Assembly (NCBI GenBank): GCA_022572685.1
Contig: JACZVL010000001.1
Location: forward strand, 3,914-67,913
Reading direction: 5' to 3'
DNA from: Pseudomonadota bacterium
Lineage (GTDB): Bacteria > Pseudomonadota > Alphaproteobacteria > Kiloniellales > J153
DNA: 64,000 nucleotides
Under the pieces are notes generated by a model, which was not told the origin of the DNA, ran no database searches, and saw only the letters and a program-made list of their open reading frames with translations. Made by a program: the position numbers and the translations under genes. Positions 28,543 through 38,655 of this stretch are shown piece by piece; position 1 is the stretch's first letter, and every line of letters starts with the position of its first letter.

Positions 28543-29481
28543 ATGCCAGTGAAACTCGGGGTCAGTTGCGGCGGCGATTTGTGGTCGCGGGAGGACATTC
28601 TCGCCACGGAGGAGTTCGGATTCGATTCGTTTTGGACCGGTGAACACATCGTCTATCACCGGCCGATCATGGAGGCGGTGACCCTGCTGTCCTACGTCGC
28701 CGGCCTGACCACCCGGATCAAGATGGGCCCCGCCACCCTGCTGCTGCCGCTGCGCCATCCGACCATGATCGCCAAACAGTTGTCCTGTCTCGACGTGCTC
28801 TCCGAGGGCCGTTTGCTCTTGACCGTCGGCGTCGGCGGTGACTATCCGCGCGAATTCGAGGGCTGCGACGTGCCGATCAAGGAACGCGGCCGCCGCACCA
28901 CCGAGGCGCTCGAGATCATGCGCAAGTACTGGAGCGGCGAGCGCTTCGACTACGACGGCAAGATCTTCCAGCTCAAGGACGTCGACATGCTGCCCCGGCC
29001 GGTTCAACCCAACGGGCCGCCGATCTGGGTATCCGGCCGCCAGGAGGGCCCGATGCGCCGGGCCGCGACTCTGGGCGACGGCTGGCACCCCTACATGTAC
29101 ACGGCCGATCGCTGCCGAGATTCCTTTTTCAAGGTCAAGGAGTTTGCGGAAGAGGCGGGCCGCACCCTGCCGCGCGATTACACCTTCGCGGTCTTCGTCT
29201 ACGTCAGCCTCCACGACGACATCGACGAAGCGCGCCGGCGCGGCGTCGCGGAGATGAGCTACCGCTACGAGCAGGATTTTACCGAGCTGGTGGAAAAATA
29301 TTGCGCCTATGGGCCGCCGGAGCGGATTGTCGACTACCTGGCGCCCTACGTGGCGGCGGGGGTCAACTACTTCATTCTGGCCCCGATCATGCCAGCCGAC
29401 GGCCGGCGCCCCCACCTCGAGCGCATCGCCGGGGAGGTCATGCCGGCACTGGAGAAGCTGGAACCGGGACGGATTCTATGA
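28543..29481 (+). CDS. LLM-class oxidoreductase (possibly F420-dependent)
   Basis: GFDSFWTGEH, LRHPTMIAKQ, DVLSEGR, PRPVQPNGPPIWV, GDGW. Confidence 0.88.
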   Translation: MPVKLGVSCGGDLWSREDILATEEFGFDSFWTGEHIVYHRPIMEAVTLLSYVAGLTTRIKMGPATLLLPLRHPTMIAKQLSCLDVLSEGRLLLTVGVGGDYPREFEGCDVPIKERGRRTTEALEIMRKYWSGERFDYDGKIFQLKDVDMLPRPVQPNGPPIWVSGRQEGPMRRAATLGDGWHPYMYTADRCRDSFFKVKEFAEEAGRTLPRDYTFAVFVYVSLHDDIDEARRRGVAEMSYRYEQDFTELVEKYCAYGPPERIVDYLAPYVAAGVNYFILAPIMPADGRRPHLERIAGEVMPALEKLEPGRIL

Positions 29482-31154
29482 CCGCTGGGACCACCGGCGC
29501 CGAGGGCTGCTTGATCACCGATCGGCTGTTCGAAATCGCCGAGAAGGACTGCGACCGGGAGCTGATCGTCGATCCGGTGTTCGGGCGCTTTACTTACGGC
29601 GACATCGCCCAGCAGGTCGAGCGGCTGGCGCATGGCCTTCGCCATTACGGCATCGGACCCGGCGACCTGGTGGTCCTGCAGCTGCCGAACTGGACGCCGT
29701 TTCTGACCTTTCACCTGGCCCTGACGGCGATCGGCGCGGTCACGGTCAACATTCCGATCGTCTACCGCGAGCACGAGCTGACGCGCATCTTCGCGCTGAC
29801 CGAGGCCAAGGCCCTGGTTCTGCCGGCGCGCTTCCGCGGCCACGACTACAAGGCCATGGGCGCGGCGCTGCGGCGCGACAACGCCAGCCTGGAGCAGGTC
29901 TTTCTGGTCGGCCTCGACGCGGCGGGGGAGGCGCCGGGCCTGGTCGGCTACGAGGCGCTGATGCGCCATTCCTGGGAGAGCCAGGCCGGGGCCGCGCCGC
30001 CGTCCACGCTCGGGCCGGGCCTGGGCGACATGACCGCGATCGGCTTTACCTCCGGCACCACCGGCGACCTCAAGGGCGCGATCTTCGACACCGAGGTGCT
30101 GATCGCCACCAACAAGGGCCTGATGGATCGCTACGGCCTCAACCAGGACGACCGCGTGTTCTCCTGCTCGCCGCTCGGTCACGCGATCGGCTTCACCCAC
30201 GCCCTGCGCATGACCTTTACCATCGGCGGCAGCATCACGCTGCTCGAATACTGGGACCCGGGACCGGCGATCGAGCTGCTGCACCAGGAACGCTGCACCT
30301 ACATGGCCGCGGCGACGCCGTTCCTCATCGACACGATCAAGCACCCCGCGCTCCGGGCTTGCGGCGGGCTGCCGGCCTTGCGGGTCTTCCTCTGCGGCGG
30401 CACCTCGGTGCCCGAGCAGCTGGTGCGCGACGCCCGGGTCGCGCTGCCCGAGACCTTTACCTCGCCGCTCTGGGGCATGACCGAGTGCGGCGGCGTCACC
30501 ACCTGTCCCTTCGATGCGCCGGAGGAAAAGCTCTACACCACCGACGGACTGCCCTGCGGCGGCATGGAGCTGAAGGTGGTCGATCCCGAGGGCGACACGC
30601 TGCCCCCCGGCGCCGACGGCGAGCTCATGGCGCGGGGGCCCATGGTGACGCGCGGCTACTACCGCCAACCCGAACTGACGGCCGAATCCTACCTGGCCGA
30701 CGGCTACTTCCGGACCGGCGATCAGGCCCGCCTGGACGCGGACGGCTACGTCAAGATCACCGGCCGGATCAAGGACCTGATCATACGCGGCGGGGTCAAC
30801 ATCTCGCCGGTGGAGATCGAGAACGTGATCTTCTCCCACCCGAAAGTGCTCAACGTGGCGGTGGTCGGGATGCCCGATCCCCGGCTGGGCGAACGCTCCT
30901 GCGCCTTCATCATTCTCAAGGACGGGCCCAAGGGCGGGCCCAAGGGCGGACAGAGCCTGGATCTGGCCGAGATGCGGGACTGGATGGCGCGCGCCGGGGT
31001 CGCCAAGCCCAAGTGGCCCGAGCGCGTCGAGTTGGTGGACGAACTGCCGACCACGCCTTCGGGCAAGGTCCAGAAGTTCCGCCTGCGCCAGATCATCGCC
31101 AAGCGCATTGCGGCCGAGGAAAGCGGTCGGATAGCCAGGGACGCCGGCGGATGA
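29478..31154 (+). CDS. AMP-binding acyl-CoA ligase (cyclohexanecarboxylate-CoA ligase-like)
   Basis: FTSGTTGDLKG, WGMTE, FRTGD, GRIKDLIIRGG, TPSGKVQK. Confidence 0.9.
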   Translation: MTAGTTGAEGCLITDRLFEIAEKDCDRELIVDPVFGRFTYGDIAQQVERLAHGLRHYGIGPGDLVVLQLPNWTPFLTFHLALTAIGAVTVNIPIVYREHELTRIFALTEAKALVLPARFRGHDYKAMGAALRRDNASLEQVFLVGLDAAGEAPGLVGYEALMRHSWESQAGAAPPSTLGPGLGDMTAIGFTSGTTGDLKGAIFDTEVLIATNKGLMDRYGLNQDDRVFSCSPLGHAIGFTHALRMTFTIGGSITLLEYWDPGPAIELLHQERCTYMAAATPFLIDTIKHPALRACGGLPALRVFLCGGTSVPEQLVRDARVALPETFTSPLWGMTECGGVTTCPFDAPEEKLYTTDGLPCGGMELKVVDPEGDTLPPGADGELMARGPMVTRGYYRQPELTAESYLADGYFRTGDQARLDADGYVKITGRIKDLIIRGGVNISPVEIENVIFSHPKVLNVAVVGMPDPRLGERSCAFIILKDGPKGGPKGGQSLDLAEMRDWMARAGVAKPKWPERVELVDELPTTPSGKVQKFRLRQIIAKRIAAEESGRIARDAGG

Positions 31155-31348
31155 CCGGGGCGGTGGTTTCCTATCCTGGATCGCCCCATCGGCGCCTTCG
31201 GAGGCGATTTTCAGTAGGCAGGTGTCGCGCTCTGATATAGAGTGGGTCTTACTATAGTTAGCACCTTATGCACTCATCGACGCACGGCCCCGGAGCCGGA
31301 TTGAAAATCACAACGATTCGGACGAACCGAAACTAAGGGAGGATCGAT

Positions 31349-32506
31349 ATGAGAACCTGGATCAAGAGCGCGAGTTTCGCTATTGCGGCCACTGCCCTGC
31401 TCGGACTTGCGGGAACCGCGGGCGCGGGCGAGACCATCAAGATCGGCGTCACCCAGCCGTTGACCGGCGCGGTCGCGGCTTCCGGCAACTACGTGGTGCA
31501 GGGCGCCAAGATCGCCGAATCGTTTGTCAACGAATCCGGCGGTGTCCTCGGACACAAGATCGAGTTGATCGTCGAGGACAACAAGAGCAATCCGAAGGAA
31601 GCGGTCGCCACCGCCGAGAAGCTGATCGTGCGCGATAAGGTGACCGTGATGATGGGCGCCTGGAGCTCGACCTATACCCTCGCGGTCATGCCCAAGCTGA
31701 TGGAATACGGCGTGCCGATGGTGGTCGAGACCTCGTCCTCGGGCAAGATCACGACCTCGGGCAACCCCTGGATCTTCCGCATCAGCCCGACCTCGGCCAT
31801 GGAGGCCCAGTCGTTCGGCACCAAGGTCGATCAATTCGACATCAAGAAGGCGGACTTCCTGGTCGTCAACAACGATTGGGGCCGCGGCGCGGCGAGCGAG
31901 TTCAAGAAGATGCTGGAGGGCAAGGGCATATCGGTCGGCGTGGTCGAGACCATGGACGCCAAGGCCCAGGACCTTTCGGCGCAACTGGCCAAGATCAAGG
32001 CTTCGGGCGGCGATACCCTGTTCGTCACCTCCGGCGTCGAGCAGATCACCCTGATACTCAAGCAGGTCAAGGAGCAACGCGTCTCGCACCGGATCATCAC
32101 CACCGGCGGTTCGTCCTCGCCGGATCAGCTGATCGCCCAGGCCGGTGCCGCGGCCGAAGGCAGCTATCACCTGCTGTTCTTCGCGCCCTGGTTCCCGGAG
32201 GCGGCGCCCAATCCGGACGTGGCGAAGAAGTTCGTCGACGAGTGGAACAAGCGCGGCCACAACTTCGCCGGGCTGACCGAGGGTTTCCGCGGCCACGACG
32301 GCATCATGACCATCGCGGCGGGCATCGAGGCGGCCGGCAAGGTCGATTCCGACGCCATCCGCCAGGCCCTCTGGGGCGTCAAGGTCGACGGCGTCAACGG
32401 CGACATCGCCTTCATCAAGCAAGGCCCGGCGGGCAAGGAGAGCGGCCAGAACGTGCCCAACGTCTATATCGTGACCATAAGGGATGGCAAGGTCGCCCTG
32501 CCATAA
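31349..32506 (+). CDS. Branched-chain amino acid-type ABC substrate-binding protein
   Basis: Signal peptide, IKIGVTQPLTG, EDNKSNP, NNDWGRG. Confidence 0.92.
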   Translation: MRTWIKSASFAIAATALLGLAGTAGAGETIKIGVTQPLTGAVAASGNYVVQGAKIAESFVNESGGVLGHKIELIVEDNKSNPKEAVATAEKLIVRDKVTVMMGAWSSTYTLAVMPKLMEYGVPMVVETSSSGKITTSGNPWIFRISPTSAMEAQSFGTKVDQFDIKKADFLVVNNDWGRGAASEFKKMLEGKGISVGVVETMDAKAQDLSAQLAKIKASGGDTLFVTSGVEQITLILKQVKEQRVSHRIITTGGSSSPDQLIAQAGAAAEGSYHLLFFAPWFPEAAPNPDVAKKFVDEWNKRGHNFAGLTEGFRGHDGIMTIAAGIEAAGKVDSDAIRQALWGVKVDGVNGDIAFIKQGPAGKESGQNVPNVYIVTIRDGKVALP

Positions 32507-32548
32507 GGCTTGGCGACCGATACCGATAACCAAACCGTCGGTCATATT

Positions 32549-32577
32549 CCCCGGAGGCCAAGCACCGGCTTCCGGGG
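32549..32577 (+). other. Intergenic GC-rich hairpin after the SBP gene (possible mRNA stabiliser or attenuator)
   Basis: ccccggaggcc-N7-ggcttccgggg (one G-U pair). Confidence 0.45.
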
Positions 32578-32617
32578 AATAATACCCCCTTAGGGGGCAC
32601 CCGAAGGGGGCGGCTCC

Positions 32618-33490
32618 TTGGATCAATTTCTGCAGCATCTGCTCAACGCCACCATGCTGGGCGGCACCTACGCTCTGCTCGGTATCGGCCTGACGCTGAT
32701 TTTCGGTATCATGCGGGTGGTCAACTTCACCCACGGCGAGCTCTATACCTTCGGCGCCTACATGGTGTTCTTCTTCACCATGACGCTGAGCGCCAATTTC
32801 TTCCTGGCCCTGGTGTTCGCGATGGTGCTCGGCATCGCGCTGGGTGCTGCGATCGAATTCGTCCTGCTGCGGCGGCTCCGGGGCGCCAGCATCGACACCA
32901 CCATGCTGGTCATGATCGGCGCCTGGATCGCCATGCAGAACACGGAGCAGTTGGCCTGGACCGGGGTCGCCAAGTCGGTGAACCATCCGTTTCCGATCGA
33001 CCCGCTGGTGATCGGTCCGGTTTCGGTTTCCTGGATCCGCATCTTCGTATTCTGCGTGGCGATAATGCTGATCGTCGGCACCCACCTGCTGATCCACCGC
33101 ACCCGGCTGGGCAAGGCCATGCGCTCGACCTTCCAGGACCGCGAGACGGCGGCGCTCATGGGGGTCAACATCAACGCCATCCACACCGCCACCTTCGCGC
33201 TCGGCTCCGGCCTCGCGGCCGCCGCGGGGGCGCTGCTGGGGCCGGTCTTCGTGCTGGTGCCGGGCATGGGCGACATGGCCGCGCTGAAGTCCTTCGCCAT
33301 CGTCATCCTGGGCGGGATGGGCAACTTCATGGGCGCGGCGCTGGGCGGCTTCCTGCTCGCGCTGGTCGAGGAATTGGGGGCGGGCTACATCTCGTCGGGC
33401 TACCGGGACGGCATGGGCTTCCTGATCATCATCGTGGTGCTGATCTTCAGGCCGACCGGCCTGTTCGCGCGCGCGGAGCGCATCGGATGA
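32618..33490 (+). CDS. livH: Branched-chain amino acid ABC permease (LivH-like)
   Basis: GLTLIFGIMRVVNFTHGE, RLGKAMR, ILGGMG. Confidence 0.9.
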   Translation: MDQFLQHLLNATMLGGTYALLGIGLTLIFGIMRVVNFTHGELYTFGAYMVFFFTMTLSANFFLALVFAMVLGIALGAAIEFVLLRRLRGASIDTTMLVMIGAWIAMQNTEQLAWTGVAKSVNHPFPIDPLVIGPVSVSWIRIFVFCVAIMLIVGTHLLIHRTRLGKAMRSTFQDRETAALMGVNINAIHTATFALGSGLAAAAGALLGPVFVLVPGMGDMAALKSFAIVILGGMGNFMGAALGGFLLALVEELGAGYISSGYRDGMGFLIIIVVLIFRPTGLFARAERIG

Positions 33491-33509
33491 CCCGCCCGGA
33501 GCGCAATCG

Positions 33510-34529
33510 ATGAATCGCTGGGCGACTGGGCTGTGGGTCGGGTTCCTGTTCTCGATTCCGCTCTGGATGACCGACCAGTACTACCTGCACATTCTGATCG
33601 TTGCGGGCATCTTCATCATCGCGGCGATGAGCCTCAACCTGCTGCTCGGCTACACCGGGCAGTTGAGCCTGGGCCACGTCGCCTTCTTCGGCATCGGCGG
33701 CTACACCAGCGCGCTGGTCTCGCTCGGCTTCGACCTCGAGCTGACCGACAGCTACACCTTCGTGTTCCCGGCCCAGCCGGTCTGGATCGCCTTCCTGGCG
33801 GGCATCGTGGTCGCCGGGTTCTTCGGCTGGCTGATCGGCAAGATCTCGTTCAAGGTTCGCGGCGCCTACTTCGTCATCGTCACCATCAGCTTCGCCGAGG
33901 TCGTGCGCCTGGTCGCGCTCAACTGGATCGATTTGACCGAAGGGCCGATGGCGCTCAACAACATCCCGCCGTTCACATTGGGCGTGCCCGGGCTCTGGGA
34001 ACTCACCTTCTGGCGCAAGATTCCCAACTACTACCTGGTGCTGGTGACCTGCATCCTGTCCTACGTGGTGATCGCGCGGCTGGTCGGTTCGCGCCTGGGA
34101 CGCGCCATGATCGCGCTGCGCGAGAACGAGCCGCTGGCCGCCTCCGTCGGCGTCGACGTGACCCGCTCGCTGGTGCTCGCGGCCGTGGTCTCGGCCGCCA
34201 TCGCGGGCGCCGCCGGCGGGCTCTATACCCACTACATCCGGATCATCGACCCGGATGTGTTCCTGTTCATCTACACCGTGACCATGGTGATCATGGTGGT
34301 CACCGGCGGCAAGGGCACGCTCGCCGGGCCGATCGTCGGCGGCCTGATCTTCGGCATTCTGCCCGAGGCGCTGCGCGAGGTCGCCAGCCCCGAGATGCAG
34401 TGGGTGATCTACGGCGTGCTCATGATCTTGATCGTGTATTTCCTGCCCGATGGCATCGTGCCGGCGGTTTCGTCCTGGTGGAAGGAGCGGTTCGATGCGC
34501 CGCCGAAGACCGGGGAGGAACGCGCATGA
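33510..34529 (+). CDS. livM: Branched-chain amino acid ABC permease (LivM-like)
   Basis: LNLLLGYTGQLSLGH, GRAMIALRENE, GGKGTLAGP. Confidence 0.9.
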   Translation: MNRWATGLWVGFLFSIPLWMTDQYYLHILIVAGIFIIAAMSLNLLLGYTGQLSLGHVAFFGIGGYTSALVSLGFDLELTDSYTFVFPAQPVWIAFLAGIVVAGFFGWLIGKISFKVRGAYFVIVTISFAEVVRLVALNWIDLTEGPMALNNIPPFTLGVPGLWELTFWRKIPNYYLVLVTCILSYVVIARLVGSRLGRAMIALRENEPLAASVGVDVTRSLVLAAVVSAAIAGAAGGLYTHYIRIIDPDVFLFIYTVTMVIMVVTGGKGTLAGPIVGGLIFGILPEALREVASPEMQWVIYGVLMILIVYFLPDGIVPAVSSWWKERFDAPPKTGEERA

Positions 34530-35342
34530 GCGCGGCCCCAAGGAGCCGGGAGGTGGTTCTCGACATCGACCGCCTGACGATCGGCTTCGGCGGCCTGGTC
34601 GCGCTCGCCAACGTCAGCTTCGACGTGTACGAGGGCGAGATCGCCAGCCTGATCGGCCCGAACGGCGCCGGCAAGACCACGGCGTTCAACGCCATCACCG
34701 GGTTCCTGTCGGTCAGCGGCGACTCGATCCGCTACCGGGGCAAGCGCCTGAACGGCTTGCGGCCGAACCAGATCGCCGACCTCGGCGTGGTGCGCACCTT
34801 TCAGAAGACCAGCGTCTTCGCCGCCAATACGGTGACCGACAACATCATGATCGGACTGCACCGCCACGCCGGAGCGCGCCTCTGGGAGATCCTGCTGGCC
34901 CGGCCCCGGGTGCGCGACGAGGAAAGCCGGCTCCGCGCCCAGGCCGGCGAGATCCTCGAGATGATGGGTCTTTCGGCCCACGCCGAGGAGCTGGGCGGCG
35001 CGCTGCCCTATGGCGAGCAGCGCCTGCTCGAGGTCGCCGTCGCGCTGGCGGCCAAGCCCACGCTGCTGCTTCTCGACGAACCGGTCTCGGGCATGAACCC
35101 CTCCGAGACGGCGCGTTTCATGGCCATGCTGGGCCGAATCCGCGCGGGCGGCATCACCATTCTTCTGGTCGAGCACGACATGCGCATGGTGATGGGCGTT
35201 TCCGATCGGGTCATCGTGCTCAATCAGGGCGCGATCATCGCCGAGGGGGCGCCCGAGGAGATTCAGCGCAACCCGGAAGTGATCCGCGCCTACCTGGGGC
35301 ACGGCGCGGACAAACGGCGCGCCAGCAAGCGGGAGGCCGGGC

Positions 35343-35350
<8 letters not shown>
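34526..35350 (+). CDS. livG: Branched-chain amino acid ABC ATP-binding protein (LivG-like)
   Basis: FGGLVAL, GPNGAGKTT, LPYGEQR, LLLDEP, VEHDM. Confidence 0.92.
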
Positions 35351-36047
<697 letters not shown>

Positions 36048-36150
36048 TCGGTAGTGACTCAGTCTGGAATTATAGGGAAGTGCGCGCCCGTCACTGGGTC
36101 AGGAATATGGTTAACGACGCAATGCGGAAAGTGAGGTAAGACTGGGGAAA

Positions 36151-36179
36151 AAGAAAGTTGCCAAAGAAGCAACTTTCTT
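36151..36179. promoter_or_regulatory. Perfect 11-bp inverted repeat (operator or terminator) at the start of the low-GC islet
   Basis: AAGAAAGTTGC-CAAAGAA-GCAACTTTCTT, overlapping TTGCCA. Confidence 0.55.
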
Positions 36180-36265
36180 AGCATGATTTTCGTGTTTTGT
36201 CAATTCACAAAATTACTCCATATTCCAGTATAGTGTAGGCCAGTAGGTCGGAAAATTGGAGAAAT

Positions 36266-36483
36266 ATGTCTAAGGGTCCCGAGGACAGAAGCGCCCTGCC
36301 GATATTGTCGGTTGTGCCGTTGCGGTCGCCAGGATCGCGACTGGTGAGGCCGAGGAGGAGTTAGGCAAAGTGTCTGGCCGAAGGAAAAGCGGCAAGGTGG
36401 GCGCTGTGGCTCGCGCCGCAGTGCTGACAGCGGACCAACGAAGCGCTATCGCCAAAAAGGCAGCGGCTGCAAGATGGGGATAA
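36266..36483 (+). pseudogene. Frameshifted small basic protein (GPxGxKRPAD...ATGE...IAKKAAAARW family)
   Basis: ATG behind GGAG; restoring one base in GGTCCCGAGGA gives MSKGPRGQKRPADIVGCAVAVARIATGE...RSAIAKKAAAARWG*; span is 218 nt (219 needed). Confidence 0.7.
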
Positions 36484-36491
36484 GCGAGAAT

Positions 36492-37040
36492 ATGTTTAAA
36501 GTCAGGAAAGCAGCACAAGTCGCAGCGTATTTTGCCATGGCAGAAGGCGGAAGCATCAAGGTGCTGAAGCTGGTTAAACTGATCTATTTGGCTGATCGGG
36601 AGTTCTTGGAGCGCTATGACGCCACGATCTTGAATGACAGGTTTGTTTCGATGAATCACGGACCAGTCAATTCAACGACCTATGACTACATCAAGGGTTG
36701 TGAGGAGGATCGTGATAATTGGGAAGAATTTATCGACGACCGCACGGAGCATCGGGTCGGCTTGGCACGCGAAAATATTTCTGAGGACGATTTAGGCGAA
36801 CTCAGCGATGCTGAACTTGCGGTGCTTGCGGACGTGTGGCGGCAGTTTGGCCACATGGATGGTTTTGAGATTCGCGATTGGACTCATGATAATTGTCCAG
36901 AATGGGAAGACCCGAATGGCTCATCCCAATCAATACCATTTGCGCGGGTTCTAAGTTACTTGGGCAAATCCAATGTGCGTGAACTCGCGGCAGGAATTGA
37001 AGCAGAAAGAACTCTCGACAGACTTTTTGCGTCTGATTAA
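36492..37040 (+). CDS. Panacea domain (DUF4065 / SocA-like) antitoxin
   Basis: LKLVKLIYLADRE, HGPV, and W-T-H..PEW motifs typical of DUF4065; alternative start at 36474. Confidence 0.85.
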   Translation: MFKVRKAAQVAAYFAMAEGGSIKVLKLVKLIYLADREFLERYDATILNDRFVSMNHGPVNSTTYDYIKGCEEDRDNWEEFIDDRTEHRVGLARENISEDDLGELSDAELAVLADVWRQFGHMDGFEIRDWTHDNCPEWEDPNGSSQSIPFARVLSYLGKSNVRELAAGIEAERTLDRLFASD

Positions 37041-37438
37041 TGCCCTACCAGGCTGTGAAGCGGGGTACGCTTCTGATCCCGTCAGGACCAGTCATTTATC
37101 CAGATCAATTACACCTTCATGTGATTCTCACGGACTCTTGTGAGAACAATCGTCATTTGCTCGTTAACATCTCGACGATAAGAGATGGTGCATTTTATGA
37201 TCCGACATGTGTAGTTGAACCCGGGGAGCACTCCTCAGTAACCAAGCGAAGTTGGGTCGTGTATAGGCGGGCGGTGACTCTCCATGCTGACTACATTAAA
37301 AATTGCGTAGATGGATGGTCTTTCAAGCCCAAGGAAGAGGTTCCAGAAGGGTTATTTGCGCGTATTTGTGACGGTGTGGGCGCATCCAGTTTCACCCCGC
37401 GGGATATGAAGCGATATTTCGTGGCTAACAATTCTTGA
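37040..37438 (+). CDS. Hypothetical protein, putative toxin partner of Panacea (possibly PemK/MazF-like fold)
   Basis: TAATG coupling to the antitoxin gene; GTLLIP..HLHVIL..LLVNIST..DPTC..GEH..KRSWVVY pattern. Confidence 0.6.
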   Translation: MPYQAVKRGTLLIPSGPVIYPDQLHLHVILTDSCENNRHLLVNISTIRDGAFYDPTCVVEPGEHSSVTKRSWVVYRRAVTLHADYIKNCVDGWSFKPKEEVPEGLFARICDGVGASSFTPRDMKRYFVANNS

Positions 37439-37497
37439 TATTAATAAGATGCTTGATATAGCGATTTCTCTTGCACTACCGGGTGATTGTGGGCGGG

Positions 37498-38655
37498 TCA
37501 GGAACGGCCGAACAGCGCCTTGAGGCGCGCCCAGAGCACCGAAAACAGCAAGCCCCCGGCATCGAGTTTGGCCTCGAGGGGGGCCGGCGCGGCCTGGCCG
37601 CTGGCCTCGGCGTCGAGCTGCGCCTGGAGGTTCTCGGCGAAGGCGGCGGTCAGGCGGCCGGCCAGATCGGTCACGATCCCGGCGCGGCTGAACTGGGCCA
37701 GCGGGCCGGCCAGCGCGAAGGCGACCTCGATCTCGACCCGGGTCGCCCCGTCCCCCTGCTCGATCAGGCGGTAGGCGATCCGCCCCTTGGCCCGGGTCGC
37801 GCTGCGCTGGTCGCGGCCGCTGCCCTCGATGATCCCCCGGTACGCGGCCTGGTCGAGCGCCAGGGTCGCCGCGCCGGCGAAGGTCGCCCCCATGGGTCCG
37901 AGCTTGATCGCGATGCGGCCCACCAGGTGGCCGTCGCGCGGCGGCTCGGTGAGCGCCGCGCCGGGCATGCAGGCCGCGACCCGTTCCACGTCCTCGAACA
38001 TCGCCCAGACCCGCGCCCGGGGATGGCGCACCACGAAGCTTTGCGCAAGCGTGGTCATGCCCGCGTCGGGCCCCGCGGAGGTCATGCCGGGCACCGTGGG
38101 GGCCACCACGGCGGGTCGGGGTATCGGCGCGGCCGGCCCGCGCACGACGGCGGGGGACGGCGCGGATACCCCTGCCTCGCCCGCGGCCCGGCGTTCCTCG
38201 AGCACGCGGCGCACCGCGGCCACGATCCCGGCATAGCCCGTGCAGCGGCAGAGATTGCCCGCGAGTTCGACCCGGACGCGGGCCTCGTCCGCCTCGGGCA
38301 GGCGGGTCGCGATGTCGCGTGCCGCGATCAACATGCCCGGGGTGCAGTAGCCGCACTGCAGGGCATGTTCCTGCGTAAAGGCCTGGCGCAGCCGCGCCAT
38401 CACCGGGTCGTCGTCGAAGCCTTCGATGGTGCGCACCTCGGCGCCGTCGCAGGCGATCGCGAAGATGATGCAGGCGCGGGCGATCTGGCCGTCGATTTCG
38501 ACCGTGCAGGCGCCGCAGACACCGTGCTCGCAGCCGAGACGGGTGCCGGTCAGCAACAGCTGCTCGCGCAGGAAGTCGGCCAGGTGGGTGCGCGGCTCGA
38601 CCGCGGCGGTCACGGCCTTGCCGTTGACGGTGAGGGTGACGGTGGCCGCGGTCAT
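37498..38655 (-). CDS. CoxS-like 2Fe-2S subunit fused to a CoxG/SRPBCC domain
   Basis: [27 protein letters not shown]; Pro/Ala linker; then VAACMPGA, GPLAQFSR. Confidence 0.9.
   Translation of the reverse strand: MTAATVTLTVNGKAVTAAVEPRTHLADFLREQLLLTGTRLGCEHGVCGACTVEIDGQIARACIIFAIACDGAEVRTIEGFDDDPVMARLRQAFTQEHALQCGYCTPGMLIAARDIATRLPEADEARVRVELAGNLCRCTGYAGIVAAVRRVLEERRAAGEAGVSAPSPAVVRGPAAPIPRPAVVAPTVPGMTSAGPDAGMTTLAQSFVVRHPRARVWAMFEDVERVAACMPGAALTEPPRDGHLVGRIAIKLGPMGATFAGAATLALDQAAYRGIIEGSGRDQRSATRAKGRIAYRLIEQGDGATRVEIEVAFALAGPLAQFSRAGIVTDLAGRLTAAFAENLQAQLDAEASGQAAPAPLEAKLDAGGLLFSVLWARLKALFGRS

Noticed and set aside
36270..36659. Minus-strand 129-aa ORF in the islet
   Set aside because: Antisense to the frameshifted small gene and the Panacea gene, with no recognisable motifs.
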